DNA of 64,000 nt from Candidatus Helicobacter avicola. Its GTDB lineage: Bacteria; Campylobacterota; Campylobacteria; Campylobacterales; Helicobacteraceae. The stretch's first letter is position 1, and every line of letters begins with the position of its first letter. Made by a program: the position numbers and the translations under genes. The notes beneath the pieces are model-generated. The model saw nothing but the letters and a program-made list of their open reading frames with translations. It did not search any database and was not told where the DNA came from. The stretch is from the NCBI GenBank assembly GCA_019112865.1, contig DXIN01000025.1, forward strand, positions 5,498 through 69,497, in the 5' to 3' direction. Below are positions 36,959 to 48,200 of the stretch, one piece after another.

Positions 36959-37273
36959 ATGGAACAACAAGCACAAGTAGCACAGCAAGCAGGTGGTTTG
37001 CAAGAAACTCTGATAGGTTTAGCACCTATTTTATTTTTTATCGCACTTATTTATCTCCTTATTATTCGTCCGCAAAATTCAAGACGCAAAAAACACCAAG
37101 AGATGATCAGCAATCTCAAAAAAGGGGATAAGATTATCACAACAGGTGGTTTGATAGTCGAGGTAGTGAAGCCTGAAGAGAATTTTTTTAGTGTTAGACT
37201 CAATGATGAGACGATTGTAAAGCTTTCTAAGGAGTTTGTGGCTTATAAACTCGATGATGAAGAAGTGAAATAA
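36959..37273 (+). CDS. yajC: Preprotein translocase subunit YajC
   Basis: Single TM, then RPQ..R.K.H..M...L.KGD.I.T.GG. Lies upstream of secDF. Confidence 0.9.
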   Translation: MEQQAQVAQQAGGLQETLIGLAPILFFIALIYLLIIRPQNSRRKKHQEMISNLKKGDKIITTGGLIVEVVKPEENFFSVRLNDETIVKLSKEFVAYKLDDEEVK

Positions 37274-37288
37274 TATTGAAGTTATCCG

Positions 37289-38902
37289 ATGAAAAAGGCT
37301 TTTAACTATCGGTTATGGACACTTATTGTCGTGGCACTTGTGGGGATTGTGCTTAGCATTCCTTCTATTTTTGGCACACAAGGGCGTAAGATTACTCTAG
37401 GATTGGATTTGCAAGGTGGGCTCAACCTCTTGTTGGAGGTTAAGACTGATGAGGCGATTAGAGCGCGACTTTCGTCTTTGGCTTCTAGTATTGCTTATGA
37501 AACCAATGATAAAAAAATTCTCATAGATTCTGTAAGGATTTTGCAAGATCGCATCGTCTTTGAGATGTTTGATAGAAAAGAAAAACCACAGATTGAACAG
37601 ATTCTTTCAAAATACGAAGGAATAAGTGTTGTTGAGGAAAATAACATCTTTAGTATTGCCTTTACACAAGAAGAGATTCCCAAAATAGAAGAAGATGCGC
37701 TCAATCAAGCTATCAGCACCATCAGAAAACGACTAGATATTTTTGGTTTGCAAGAACCAAGTGTTACCAAACGAGGAAAGCAAAATATCCTCGTGGAAGT
37801 GCCGGGTAAAAATACACCAGAAGAAGAGGAACGTTTGCGTGGGCTTATTTCTAAGCCTTCACATTTGCAGTTTATGGCAGTTGATGAGGATCGTAACGCG
37901 CGTGTGAATCTGATGAGTGAGAGTGAAGCAGAGAGCTATGGCGATGTGATTTTGCCTTTTGCTCAAGATGAGGGTGAGGGTGCATTTTTGCTCGTCAAAA
38001 AAGTGCCTATTTTAGATGGTTCTGCGATTTCTAGTGCCTCACCAGCGCGTGATAATAATGGTAGGTATGTAGTGAATTTTACTCTTAATTCCGATGGGGC
38101 ACAGCAGTTTGGCAATTTCACGGGCAAGAATATCGGCAAAAGGCTTGCAATTGTGCTTGATGGCAAAGTGTATTCTGCCCCTGCAGTGCGTGCTAGAATT
38201 AGTGATAGCGGACAAATAAGTGGAAATTTTGATAAAAATAGTGTAGCAGACCTATCTATCACGCTTAAAAGCGGTGCGCTTCCCGCATCTATGGAGGTTA
38301 TAGAAAAGCGAGGTGTGGGTCCAAGTCTAGGAGCAGATAGTATTCGAGCTTCGCTTATTGCGCTCGTGAGTGGTTTTGTGATGGTCGTTGTCTTTATGGT
38401 GTTGTATTACAACATCGCTGGGCTTATTGCAGTGAGTGCGTTGTTTGTCAATATTGTATTGATTATAGCGGTTATGTCATTATTTGGAGCAACACTTACA
38501 TTGCCGGGTATGGCGGGAATAGTGCTTACCGTGGGTATGGCAGTCGATGCAAATATCATTATCAATGAACGTATCAGGGAGGCTTTGCGACTTGGTAACA
38601 ATATCGCTAAATCCATAGAGATAGGCTATGCAAACGCTTCGCGTGCGATTTTTGACTCAAATATCACGACACTTTTGGCAGCGGTTTTGCTCTATGCTAA
38701 TGGCACGGGTGCAATACAAGGGTTTGCAATCACTTTGAGTTTGGGGATTGTAGCATCAATTCTTACAGCGATTGTTGGCACACATGGTATTTACCTCGCA
38801 CTATTATCTCAAGCTAGCAAGAGCAAGAATCTCTATCTTTGGTTTGGAATCAGTAATGATAGCGTTGCGCCAATCCAATCTAAGCCCAAGAATGCAAAAT
38901 AG
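37289..38902 (+). CDS. secD: Protein translocase subunit SecD
   Basis: Large periplasmic domain (LGLDLQGG) and a C-terminal 6-TM SecD/SecF domain. Confidence 0.93.
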   Translation: MKKAFNYRLWTLIVVALVGIVLSIPSIFGTQGRKITLGLDLQGGLNLLLEVKTDEAIRARLSSLASSIAYETNDKKILIDSVRILQDRIVFEMFDRKEKPQIEQILSKYEGISVVEENNIFSIAFTQEEIPKIEEDALNQAISTIRKRLDIFGLQEPSVTKRGKQNILVEVPGKNTPEEEERLRGLISKPSHLQFMAVDEDRNARVNLMSESEAESYGDVILPFAQDEGEGAFLLVKKVPILDGSAISSASPARDNNGRYVVNFTLNSDGAQQFGNFTGKNIGKRLAIVLDGKVYSAPAVRARISDSGQISGNFDKNSVADLSITLKSGALPASMEVIEKRGVGPSLGADSIRASLIALVSGFVMVVVFMVLYYNIAGLIAVSALFVNIVLIIAVMSLFGATLTLPGMAGIVLTVGMAVDANIIINERIREALRLGNNIAKSIEIGYANASRAIFDSNITTLLAAVLLYANGTGAIQGFAITLSLGIVASILTAIVGTHGIYLALLSQASKSKNLYLWFGISNDSVAPIQSKPKNAK

Positions 38903-38910
38903 GAGTATTT

Positions 38911-39885
38911 ATGGAAGTCTTTAAAAAAACAAAAATTTATGACTTTGCTACATATAGTTCTTATGGGCTTATTGTGTCGGCTATCTTGTGTATTGGGGCA
39001 ATAGCACTTATTGTGATTAAGGATTTTAAGCTCGGTATTGATTTTGCAGGTGGGAGTGTCGTGCAGATTCAGTATGATACGCAACCACAAGCACCATTAT
39101 CAGAGATTCGTGAGATTCTCTCGCAATACGAGGTTTTTAAAGGCTTTCAGGTCAGTGAATTTGGTGCTCCCAATGAAGTGCTTATCAAGCTACCTATTGT
39201 AGAAAATCCTAAAACTTCAACTTTGCAGATGGTGCAAGAGGTCTTGAAGCCCACAGGAGATTTTAGCATACGACGTAATGATGAGATAGGAGCAAAGGTT
39301 GGTGATGAGTTTAAGCGCAAGGGGATTTTGTCGCTTGTGCTCGCGTTTATCGCAATGATGGTGTATATCTCGTTTCGCTATGAGTGGAGGTTTTCTCTAG
39401 CGGGTGTTATGGCATTGATACACGATGTGATATTGGCATCGGCAGTGGTGATTATCGCCGATATTGATTTTAATCTTGAAGTGTTGGCAGCACTTTTAAC
39501 ACTTATAGGATATTCTATTAATGATACGATTATTATCTTTGATAGAATCCGTGAGCAAATGCTCTCAAAACGTATCAATGATATGAAATATGTTATCAAT
39601 GAGGCGGTTTCACGCACGCTCTCACGCACATTACTTACTTCACTTACGGTGTTTTTTGTGGTTTTGACATTGTATTTGTTTGGTGGGGAGATTATCAAAG
39701 GATTTTCGCTTCCTATGCTTGCTGGTGTGATTGTGGGGACATATAGCTCTATGTTTGTCGCTCCGCGTCTAGCCCTTGTTTTTGGCTTTAGTCTTGAAGA
39801 GTATTATCAAAAAGAAATGAAAAAGCTTAAAAAGCAAGAGGAAAAGAAGCGATTAAGGGCTATGTATGAAAATGGCAGAGTATAG
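38911..39885 (+). CDS. secF: Protein translocase subunit SecF
   Basis: LGIDFAGGS motif and the SecD/F TM core (GYSINDTIIIFDRIRE). Confidence 0.93.
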   Translation: MEVFKKTKIYDFATYSSYGLIVSAILCIGAIALIVIKDFKLGIDFAGGSVVQIQYDTQPQAPLSEIREILSQYEVFKGFQVSEFGAPNEVLIKLPIVENPKTSTLQMVQEVLKPTGDFSIRRNDEIGAKVGDEFKRKGILSLVLAFIAMMVYISFRYEWRFSLAGVMALIHDVILASAVVIIADIDFNLEVLAALLTLIGYSINDTIIIFDRIREQMLSKRINDMKYVINEAVSRTLSRTLLTSLTVFFVVLTLYLFGGEIIKGFSLPMLAGVIVGTYSSMFVAPRLALVFGFSLEEYYQKEMKKLKKQEEKKRLRAMYENGRV

Positions 39886-39909
39886 ACTAAGAAGCTAAAG
39901 GAGAATTAT

Positions 39910-40251
39910 ATGAATTGGGGTAGAGTGTTTTTTGTATTTTTTAGTATGTTTGGATTGACGCTTAATGTAGTGTTTTTGTATGAAAACAATGTCGTGATTT
40001 TATTTTTAGCAGCTTCGGTAAATTTTGTGTGTGTTACATTAAGAATTGGTGTAAAGAGTTCTCTATCGGCGGAGATTCTGGCTACATTGCTTGTTGGTGT
40101 GCTGCATCTTATAGCTGGATTTATTGTCTTGCAAGTCTTTGAATCTCTGCACCTTGCGTATGCGATTGTCCTAGGTGCAGTCGTGGCAAATGCGGTGTCA
40201 TTACTCCTATTGGTGCTTGAGAGCACCAAGGATAATCAAGAAGATATATAA
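39910..40251 (+). CDS. Small hypothetical membrane protein
   Basis: 113-aa ORF with 3-4 hydrophobic helices. RBS AAGGAGA upstream. Confidence 0.45.
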   Translation: MNWGRVFFVFFSMFGLTLNVVFLYENNVVILFLAASVNFVCVTLRIGVKSSLSAEILATLLVGVLHLIAGFIVLQVFESLHLAYAIVLGAVVANAVSLLLLVLESTKDNQEDI

Positions 40252-40263
40252 GAGGAGTTTGTG

Positions 40264-41298
40264 ATGGACAAAGAGGTTTTTCGTAAAAAGATTTATAATC
40301 CCGAAAGCACCGAAAGTGTGAATGATCGTAAAATTTTTGGGGGCAATCCTACAAGTATGTTTGATCTCAATAAAATTAAATACCAATGGGCATATACCTT
40401 GTGGAAAAAAATGCTTGCTAACACTTGGTTTCCTGAAGAAGTGAATATGAATGCCGATAAACGTGATTATAATGGTGGTCTCACGCCTCAAGAAAAACTT
40501 GGTTATGATAGGGCATTGGCACAACTCATTTTTATGGATTCGCTGCAGACAAATAACCTTATAGATAATGTCAATCCCTATATGACCAGTCCAGAAATCA
40601 ATCTTGTGCTTGTGCGTCAAGCGTATGAGGAGGCTTTGCACTCTCAAAGCTATGCAGTAATGGTAGAATCTATTTCGGCAAATACTGATGAAATCTATGA
40701 TATGTGGCGCGTGGATATGCAGCTACGGCGCAAAAATGACTACATCGCAAATGTGTATTTGGATCTTGCCAAAAATCCCACGGAGCATAATCTACTCAAG
40801 GCAATGTTTGCCAATCAGATTCTAGAGGGGATTTATTTTTATAGTGGGTTTTGCTATTTTTATACCCTTGCACGTAGTGGTAAAATGCTAGGAAGTGCGC
40901 AAATGATACGATTTATCCAACGCGATGAAGTAACACATCTCGTGCTTTTTCAAAATATGATTAATTCCGTGCGCAAAGAACGCGATGATCTCTTTACTAA
41001 TAGCCTTAAAGAAGAAGTCATAGAGCTGTTTAAAAAAGCAGTAGAGGTAGAGAGTGCTTGGGGAGAGTATATCACACAAGGACAGATTCTAGGACTTACA
41101 AGTGAAATAATTGGGCAATACATCCAATACCTAGCTGATGAGCGTCTGCATAGGGTAGGATTTCCTAAGCTCTATAATGTTTCACACCCTATTAAATGGG
41201 TCGATCAGTTTAGTAGCTTTAATGATCAAAAGACAAACTTTTTTGAAGCTAAGGTTACAAATTACGCGAAAGGGAGCATAGACTTTGATGATTTCTAA
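40264..41298 (+). CDS. nrdB: Ribonucleotide-diphosphate reductase beta subunit (class Ia)
   Basis: Di-iron/tyrosyl radical motifs ([18 protein letters not shown]). Confidence 0.93.
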   Translation: MDKEVFRKKIYNPESTESVNDRKIFGGNPTSMFDLNKIKYQWAYTLWKKMLANTWFPEEVNMNADKRDYNGGLTPQEKLGYDRALAQLIFMDSLQTNNLIDNVNPYMTSPEINLVLVRQAYEEALHSQSYAVMVESISANTDEIYDMWRVDMQLRRKNDYIANVYLDLAKNPTEHNLLKAMFANQILEGIYFYSGFCYFYTLARSGKMLGSAQMIRFIQRDEVTHLVLFQNMINSVRKERDDLFTNSLKEEVIELFKKAVEVESAWGEYITQGQILGLTSEIIGQYIQYLADERLHRVGFPKLYNVSHPIKWVDQFSSFNDQKTNFFEAKVTNYAKGSIDFDDF

Positions 41299-42022
41299 AA
41301 AACTATACGCACTGCAAGTGAAAATCGGGACAGACTTTGAGTTGAATCTAAAAAAGGTGCTCACTCTCTTAGAGCAATGCCAAGAAGATTCTATTATTTG
41401 CACACCGGAGGTGGTATTTAGTGGATTTGCCTATCAGCGTATGGAGGAAGCAGCGGAGTTTTCCAAAATCGCTACAAAAACGCTCTTAGATGCTACCAAG
41501 CACCATACACTTATCACGACAATGATAGAAAAAAATCATCAGCATTTTTTTAATAATCTCAAGGTTTTCCACAAAGGTGAGATTATCCATAAACAATCTA
41601 AAAATAAGCTTTTTGCCTTAGGTGATGAACAGCTGCATTTTCATGCTGGGTCAGAAGATGAGATTGTGCCTTTTTATGTAGATTCACTCAAATGTGCTGC
41701 GCTAAATTGTTTTGAGTTGCGTTTTATAGATTTGTGGAAACGGGTGCAGGGGGCAGATATTATCTTTATTCCAGCACAATGGGGTAAGCAACGCAAGGAT
41801 CAGTTTGAGACACTTTGCAAGGCTCTAGCGATTGTCAATCAAAGCTTTGTGGTGGCAAGTGATGGGGCAAATGATACGATGGCAAAGGGTAGTGCAGTGA
41901 TTACCCCCTATGGTATGGTCTATAAAAACGACAAGAAAGAATCTATCTCGGCACAAGTGGATTTGCACGAGACTTCCAAAATGAGAAAATACATACAAAC
42001 TGGCATACCAATCAATCTCTAA
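41288..42022 (+). CDS. Carbon-nitrogen hydrolase (nitrilase superfamily) protein
   Basis: CN-hydrolase pattern with the catalytic Glu near the N-terminus (TPEVVFSG) and a Cys-containing CFELRF segment. Confidence 0.65.
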   Translation: MISKKLYALQVKIGTDFELNLKKVLTLLEQCQEDSIICTPEVVFSGFAYQRMEEAAEFSKIATKTLLDATKHHTLITTMIEKNHQHFFNNLKVFHKGEIIHKQSKNKLFALGDEQLHFHAGSEDEIVPFYVDSLKCAALNCFELRFIDLWKRVQGADIIFIPAQWGKQRKDQFETLCKALAIVNQSFVVASDGANDTMAKGSAVITPYGMVYKNDKKESISAQVDLHETSKMRKYIQTGIPINL

Positions 42023-42031
42023 AGGATTTTG

Positions 42032-42685
42032 ATGTATGCAAATGCAAAGATGGTGGCGGAGATTCAGAAGTATGTCAAAATCTCGCCATCAGTGGCTAAG
42101 GCTTTGGGTAGCGTGGATAGGGCATTTTTTGTCCCTCCGAGCTTAAAAAACAAAGCATATAGTCTCGATCCTTTGCCCTTGGAAGATTCTCAATGGATTA
42201 GCTCACCGCTCACGGTGGCTATTATGAGTGAATCTCTACTGCCCGATGGTGGAGAGAGTGTGTTAGAAGTGGGTTGTGGGAGTGGCTATCAGGCAATGGT
42301 GCTTTCACATCTTTTTAAGTATGTCTATACCATAGAGCGTATTGAGCCATTGATTATTGAAGCAAAACGTCGCTTTCATCTGCTCAATGCGCATAATATC
42401 TTTGCAAAGCTTGATGATGGGCAAAATGGCTGGATTCAAAACGCACCTTTTGATGCAGTGATATTTAGTGCGTGTGCGAGAGAGATACCATCTCCTCTTG
42501 TAGCACAACTCAAAGAAGGCGGCATACTCCTCGCACCGATGTTTGATAAATATAATGCGACACAGCAGCATATCACGCGTTTTGTCAAGCAAAATGGTGT
42601 CTTGGGTGCGCCTCTTGTGATTACACAATGCTCGTTTGTTGATGTGTGTGATGGTATCGTGTCTTCTCGCTCAAATGGAGTGTGA
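42032..42685 (+). CDS. pcm: Protein-L-isoaspartate O-methyltransferase
   Basis: PCMT motifs (ISSPLTVAIM, VLEVGCGSGYQA, DAVIFSA). Confidence 0.85.
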   Translation: MYANAKMVAEIQKYVKISPSVAKALGSVDRAFFVPPSLKNKAYSLDPLPLEDSQWISSPLTVAIMSESLLPDGGESVLEVGCGSGYQAMVLSHLFKYVYTIERIEPLIIEAKRRFHLLNAHNIFAKLDDGQNGWIQNAPFDAVIFSACAREIPSPLVAQLKEGGILLAPMFDKYNATQQHITRFVKQNGVLGAPLVITQCSFVDVCDGIVSSRSNGV

Positions 42686-42687
42686 GT

Positions 42688-43383
42688 ATGGGCTTTGATT
42701 TGAATCCATTAGCTGTGAGTGTGGGCTGTGTTTTTGTGTTGTTTGGTGTGTGTTTTGGAGTTTGGTGTATGCGCCGCTATTTGCATCTCTCATTTGTATG
42801 GGCTAGCACACTTTCATTTGTAGCTAATCTCGCTTTGGTTGTCTTGGTATTTTCTCTGCGATTTTATAACTCCCCTGAATCTATGTGGCTTAATACATAT
42901 CATATCTTTTGGATTCTACTGATATATCTTGTGTTGTCTGTGCTTTTTGTGATGGCGTATTTGGATTATGTGTATTTGGCATTGCCAGATTCTGTATTGG
43001 TGGCGTTTTTTGTGCTTGGGTGTGCGTGTGCCTTTAGTCTTCCTATGCCTACTAGCTTTGTGTGGGCGCATATACGCGATGCGTTTGCACTTATGGGTGG
43101 GGTATTTGTCTTGCGACTTTTTGGCGAGATTGTGTGCAAAAAGCCGGTGCTTGGCGAGGCGGATATCATCGTGCTTGGTGGTATTGGGCTTGTGTTTGGA
43201 GCGTTTTTTGCTCTTGTGAGTGTGTTTGTAGCGAGTTCTTTGGCATTGGTTGCTACGCTTTTTAGATTCGCTAAGATGCGCTCTCAAGCTATTCCATTTG
43301 TGAGCTATCTTTTTGTGGGTGTGCTGATAAGTGATGTAGGGAATCTAAAGTATCTAGTGCGCACGATGCTGTATGGAGGGTGA
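42688..43383 (+). CDS. A24-family prepilin (type IV leader) peptidase-like membrane protein
   Basis: Polytopic protein with two conserved Asp-containing segments (LALPDS and LGEADIIVLGGIG), typical of A24 peptidases. No N-terminal methyltransferase Cys motif. Confidence 0.6.
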   Translation: MGFDLNPLAVSVGCVFVLFGVCFGVWCMRRYLHLSFVWASTLSFVANLALVVLVFSLRFYNSPESMWLNTYHIFWILLIYLVLSVLFVMAYLDYVYLALPDSVLVAFFVLGCACAFSLPMPTSFVWAHIRDAFALMGGVFVLRLFGEIVCKKPVLGEADIIVLGGIGLVFGAFFALVSVFVASSLALVATLFRFAKMRSQAIPFVSYLFVGVLISDVGNLKYLVRTMLYGG

Positions 43384-43385
43384 GT

Positions 43386-44438
43386 ATGTTTAAGCGATAT
43401 ATGTTTTTGTCGTTTTCGCAGCTATTTTTTCCATTTTTTTTGGTGCTTTTGTTTATCGCCTCGGTGGTGCTTATTATTAGTATTGCTGGGAAAACCTATG
43501 TCGTCAAAATGAGTTTTTTTGATTTGTTTGCGTTATTTGCCTATTCTCTACCTGGTAGTATGTTTTTTATCATTTCTATTACCTTTTTTGCTTCGCTCAC
43601 ACTTGGGATTGCACGACTTTCGTATGAGTATGAGATGATGGTATTTTTTGCGCTAGGGATTAAACCTGTGGATATTCTTAAGACTTTTTTGCCTATTACA
43701 ATTCTTGCTACTTGTATTTTGCTTGTATTTTCACTTGTGCTTGTGCCGCTTTCCAATAGCGCATCTAAAAATTTTATTGCCCAAAAACGTGCGGATATTG
43801 ATGTGAATCTAAGGGCTGGTGAGCTTGGGCAAAAGCTTGGAGAGTGGCTGGTGTATGTCGATGAAGTCAAAGATAGAAAATACAAAAATCTCATTCTCTA
43901 TTCCCAAGACACAGATTCTGAAAGCTTCGTAGTCGCACAAGATGGCAGGACAAGAAACCAAAATGGACTTTTTGAGCTCCTGCTGGAGCGCGGCGATGTG
44001 TATTTTGCCCAAGATGACGAAATACGAAAAATTGTTTATGATCATATGAATGTGCGCCAGATTCTAGGTGAGCCACAGCTAAGCGGATATGATTTGTTAA
44101 GTTATTGGCAGGAGGCTTTTACATATATTATCACTTCTTTGCCGCGCAAAGAAATCCCTCTAAGTGTGCGTTCCAAAGAGCGCAAGATTTCACAAGCAAT
44201 TTTGGTTTCGGTTTTTCCGATTGTGTCGTTGTTTTTGGTGCTTAGTTTTGGGATTGCTAATCCACGTTTTAAGTCTAATATGTCGTATTTTTATGTGATT
44301 GGTGCTACGGCTTTGTATTTTGTGATGGTGTATGTCGCGGCAGAAAACTTCCCGTTTTTAGGGATACTTTTTATCCCTACGATATGGCTTTTGTGCTCCT
44401 ATCTGCTGTATGCTAAGAGTATTAAACGTTATTATTAG
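43386..44438 (+). CDS. LptF/LptG-family LPS export permease
   Basis: YjgP/YjgQ topology: 3 TM, a periplasmic beta-jellyroll segment, then 3 TM. Confidence 0.78.
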   Translation: MFKRYMFLSFSQLFFPFFLVLLFIASVVLIISIAGKTYVVKMSFFDLFALFAYSLPGSMFFIISITFFASLTLGIARLSYEYEMMVFFALGIKPVDILKTFLPITILATCILLVFSLVLVPLSNSASKNFIAQKRADIDVNLRAGELGQKLGEWLVYVDEVKDRKYKNLILYSQDTDSESFVVAQDGRTRNQNGLFELLLERGDVYFAQDDEIRKIVYDHMNVRQILGEPQLSGYDLLSYWQEAFTYIITSLPRKEIPLSVRSKERKISQAILVSVFPIVSLFLVLSFGIANPRFKSNMSYFYVIGATALYFVMVYVAAENFPFLGILFIPTIWLLCSYLLYAKSIKRYY

Positions 44439-44458
44439 AATCTAGCTGTGAATTTGTG

Positions 44459-45205
44459 ATGAGGATTTTAGCAAGAATCGCCTATGATGGCAGTGCTTTC
44501 AGTGGATTTGCGCCACAAAAAGAATGTGGCATCACCAGCGTGGCAAATAGACTAAAAGAGGTTTTAGGAAGTGTGGGTATAGATTCAGAGATTTTGGCTG
44601 CAGGACGCACAGATAAAGGCGTGCATGCCACGGCACAAATGATTAGTTTTGATGTGATACGTTTGTGGGATTTGGGGTATTTGCGCACTTTGCTAAACAA
44701 AAAGAGCTATCCACATATTTTTTTTGTGTCTCTGCGCTATGTGAGTGAGGAGTTTCACCCGCGATTTTGTGCGGTATGGAGGGCATATCGTTACCTTGTG
44801 AGCTTGCAATCTCCAAATCCTTTTGTTGCACGCTTTGTGAGCTATGAGCAATATGGAGATTTTGCTCGTGTATGTGAGGCTCTGGAACTTTTTAGGGGAC
44901 GACACAACTTTATGCTCTTTCAAAAGCAAGGCACACCTAGCAAAGACTATGTGCGTGAAATCACACAGAGCTACGCGTATAGCTATCGTAAGCTACTTGT
45001 TATTCACTTGCGTGCTAATGGATTTTTGCGCGCACAAGTGCGACTTATGTTAGGCGCGGCATTTAGCTATGGACGCGGAGAGCTTTCTAAACAACAATTA
45101 CAAGACCAAATAGAAGCCAAACATCGCTCATACACAATGCCTCTAAGCCCTAATGGCTTGTATCTGTGTGGGGTTGGCTATCCTTTTTTGGCTGCTCCTC
45201 AATGA
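44459..45205 (+). CDS. truA: tRNA pseudouridine(38-40) synthase
   Basis: Catalytic motif AGRTDKGVHA. TruA length and layout. Confidence 0.9.
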   Translation: MRILARIAYDGSAFSGFAPQKECGITSVANRLKEVLGSVGIDSEILAAGRTDKGVHATAQMISFDVIRLWDLGYLRTLLNKKSYPHIFFVSLRYVSEEFHPRFCAVWRAYRYLVSLQSPNPFVARFVSYEQYGDFARVCEALELFRGRHNFMLFQKQGTPSKDYVREITQSYAYSYRKLLVIHLRANGFLRAQVRLMLGAAFSYGRGELSKQQLQDQIEAKHRSYTMPLSPNGLYLCGVGYPFLAAPQ

Positions 45206-48200
45206 GCGTATCGACAATGTTATCAAGTGGCGAGAAGATTCTATGAAGCATTTTAAAGGGCGCATTGACAACATCTTCTAGGAGGCTTACTTCGGTTTTA
45301 GGATTATCAAGACTGCCTGAAACAATGATATTTGTCGTTACCTTGCCATCACTGCCGAGTATGACATAGCCTACAATAGGGATATTTGAGAGGATATTTG
45401 AGAGTGCTTTCATCGTGCTAGCTTTGAGAAGTAAGTCTATCGTGCGTTCTTTGAGATTGACAATCCCATTGCCATTGATGTCAATTGCACTGCCTATGAG
45501 ATTGATAGATTCAAACCCCAAATATTCATCATTCATAGAAAATAAGAGAGTCCCTCGCTTAATCTCATAGCCATCGTTGCTAAGACCGGGTTTTTTAAAC
45601 ATAATGAGTGAGGGAATCGTATCAATAAGCCCCACGATATTTTGCACAATGGCAAAATCTTTAAAAGTCGTATTTTGTATGTGGATTTTTCCCTGCAAAA
45701 CATTGTCTTTAAGTATGCCAGAGAGGTCAAAAAGCCCTCCAGAGAAGAGATGTTTGGAAAATATTTGATTGATAAAATTTGAGCTGAAGTTATCAAGCGA
45801 GATTTTTGTCTCACCATAGGCGATGTCAATATCAGCAATTCCGTTGCCATAGGCTACGTTAGCATTGATTTGCTTATCACGCATTGTGATTGTCGCAGAA
45901 TCTGTGGGTATGATAAAGCTTCCATATAAAATATCCATATCATTAGATTCTAGATACAAAATATGTGGAGCTATATTATGCTCTCGCTCAAATTTGCGTT
46001 TTTGTGCGACAAAGCTCTTGCGCTTAGCGATTTCTTCTGGTGTATAGGATTTGCTTTCGCCCTCTTCGTGAAAAATTTCATACAGCATAGGTATGTCGCT
46101 ATTGATTAAATGATCAACATCAAGATTATAGTTGTTAAACACAAGTGCTGTGGTGTTAAACCTCTTTTGGAGCTTGATGTTTTGGTCTTTGGTATTGAGC
46201 AAAATATCATCACCATCAAGCACGCCTTCAATCTCTAGTGTGCTAAGCACTTGGTTATTTTTATCATAAATGGGATAGGCGAGATTTTCTAGCTTTGCGT
46301 CTAAGGTAATGGCACTCGATTTTGAGGGTTGGTTATGGAGTGTGAGGTTGCCTTTTTTGATTCCAAAGTATTGCAGGATTGGGGAATAGGGATAGAGAGA
46401 TTCTATATTGGCAAGGCTAATGTGAAGCGCAGAATCTTGCTTGATAGAGAGCGAAAGCTTGGGAATAGAAAGGTTGATATTACCATCTTTGAAGCTACCA
46501 TCAAGTGTAATAGTGCGCAAAGGGTGAGTTTGTGATGTGCTAGCTTGTGAATCTAGCTGTGATGATTGTGTAGAATGGGCTTGTGCTTGGGCATTGGATT
46601 GGGTAGATTCAGTATTTTGGGTTTGCTTGAGTGGTGGTATCTGCAAAATACTTGGAAGACTTGAGGTATTTTCCTTTAGTATTACTGCAATGATGTTTTT
46701 AGTCATTGGGTCGCTTGTGTCTATGTTTTTGAGATGTGGATATTTGAGATGTGCTGGGAAAACCTTAGAGAGGAGTAGGTCTGCATAGTTGATTGCAAAC
46801 TTGCCTTGAAGTGTATGTGCAAGTGCGTCTATATCAAAAGTAAGCTGTGCGGAAAGTATGTCAATGTATTTGGCTTGCGAGCTTGTGATTGAAATCAGTC
46901 GCTTTTTGTCGCCATCAATATCAAGTGTGGCTTGGATATCTTGTGCGAGGATTGGCTGCCCAAAAAGCGTGAGGTTAGTATTTTTTCCACTGATTGTGCC
47001 TTGAACCTTTGGGTTTATTTGGTGTTTGTGATTGAGCTTGATAGTAAAATCCAGCATAGCCTCTAGTGGGCTTTGGGTCTGCACAGGGAGATTCACACCA
47101 ATGAAGGTATGCAAAAGATCGACAAGCGACTTATCAATCGCGATTTGCTTACTTCTTAAATGCACAAAGACTTCCAATGCTCGGTTGATAGGAAGTGCAA
47201 TTTGTAGGTGAGAATCCTCTAGGTCATAGTTTGAAAAACTTGGGGAATCAAAGCGGATATCCAATGCTTTATTTGCAAGTGTGATAGTGGCACTTGAAGC
47301 GATGATAGGTGTGGTTTTTGGGGCAAGATAGACTTTGGGATTTTGTATGAGGAGCGAGCCTTGCATACTTGAGAGGAGATTAGGGATAAGGTTTTTGTTA
47401 AACGAAGTCTTTAATGTGAGGTTTTCAAGCTGCACAGATTCAAAGTTGATTTTTTCAAAAAGCCACGATTCAAGAGTTTTGTTGTTTAAGAGTGCGATAT
47501 AGGGCTTTAGAAATTGGACTTGTTCCCATTTGGAGGTTTTGAGTGTGAGTGAGGCTTTTTTAAAATCTGTGTTGCCTGTGATTTGCACATATGCGGGTAT
47601 ATCACTATCCTTGGTAAAAATCTTAGTGTGGGAGACTCGGAGTGATTGAATATCAAGCGTTTTTTTATTTATGTGGTATTGCATATAGCCCTCAATCTGT
47701 AAAGAAAGCTTTGGTATCACAAGGGACTGAATCTCTAAAGCAATATCTTTGTTGCTTTGGGCGGTGTTTAATATCGCACTAAAATGTGGGTCGAAGATTC
47801 TATAATCCGATCCATCATAAAGAAGTGCGCGTCTTGTGCCATCAGGAAATATTGCTTCGTGGATATTGAGAGTTTGGAAGTAGGAGAGCACCCAAAAAAC
47901 ATTTTGCACCCAATCCATCACAGAATCTACAGAATCTTCAAGACTCTGTGCGACATCGTGTGTCTTATTGTCGTCATCTTGTGTGAATAGCTCGCTTTGG
48001 GAAAGATCGATTTTTTTTATATCTACAATAAATTTATTTTCTAATTTAAGATACAATCCCTCAATTTCCACGAAACCAAGAGAAATTTTTTGGTTATAAA
48101 TGCCTTCGTGAAGGATTTTATACCCAAGAAAAAAAAGGACAAAAATCGTGCTACAAAAAACAAAAAGACTAACAAAGGTTTTGTATTTAGGCTTTGGTCT

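Noticed and set aside
43434..43441. A/T homopolymers (T8 at 43434-43441 in the lptF/G-like gene, T8 near 30655, A8 at 48129-48136) as additional phase-variation tracts.
   Set aside because: Tracts of 8 A/T are common in an AT-rich genome. These lie in intact ORFs of housekeeping genes, and no frame disruption is seen.
45150..45205. A 56-nt convergent overlap between the truA and yhdP-like 3' ends, as a possible regulatory antisense arrangement.
   Set aside because: Both C-terminal tails are poorly conserved-looking extensions. The overlap may simply reflect late stop codons, and nothing in the sequence supports a specific function.
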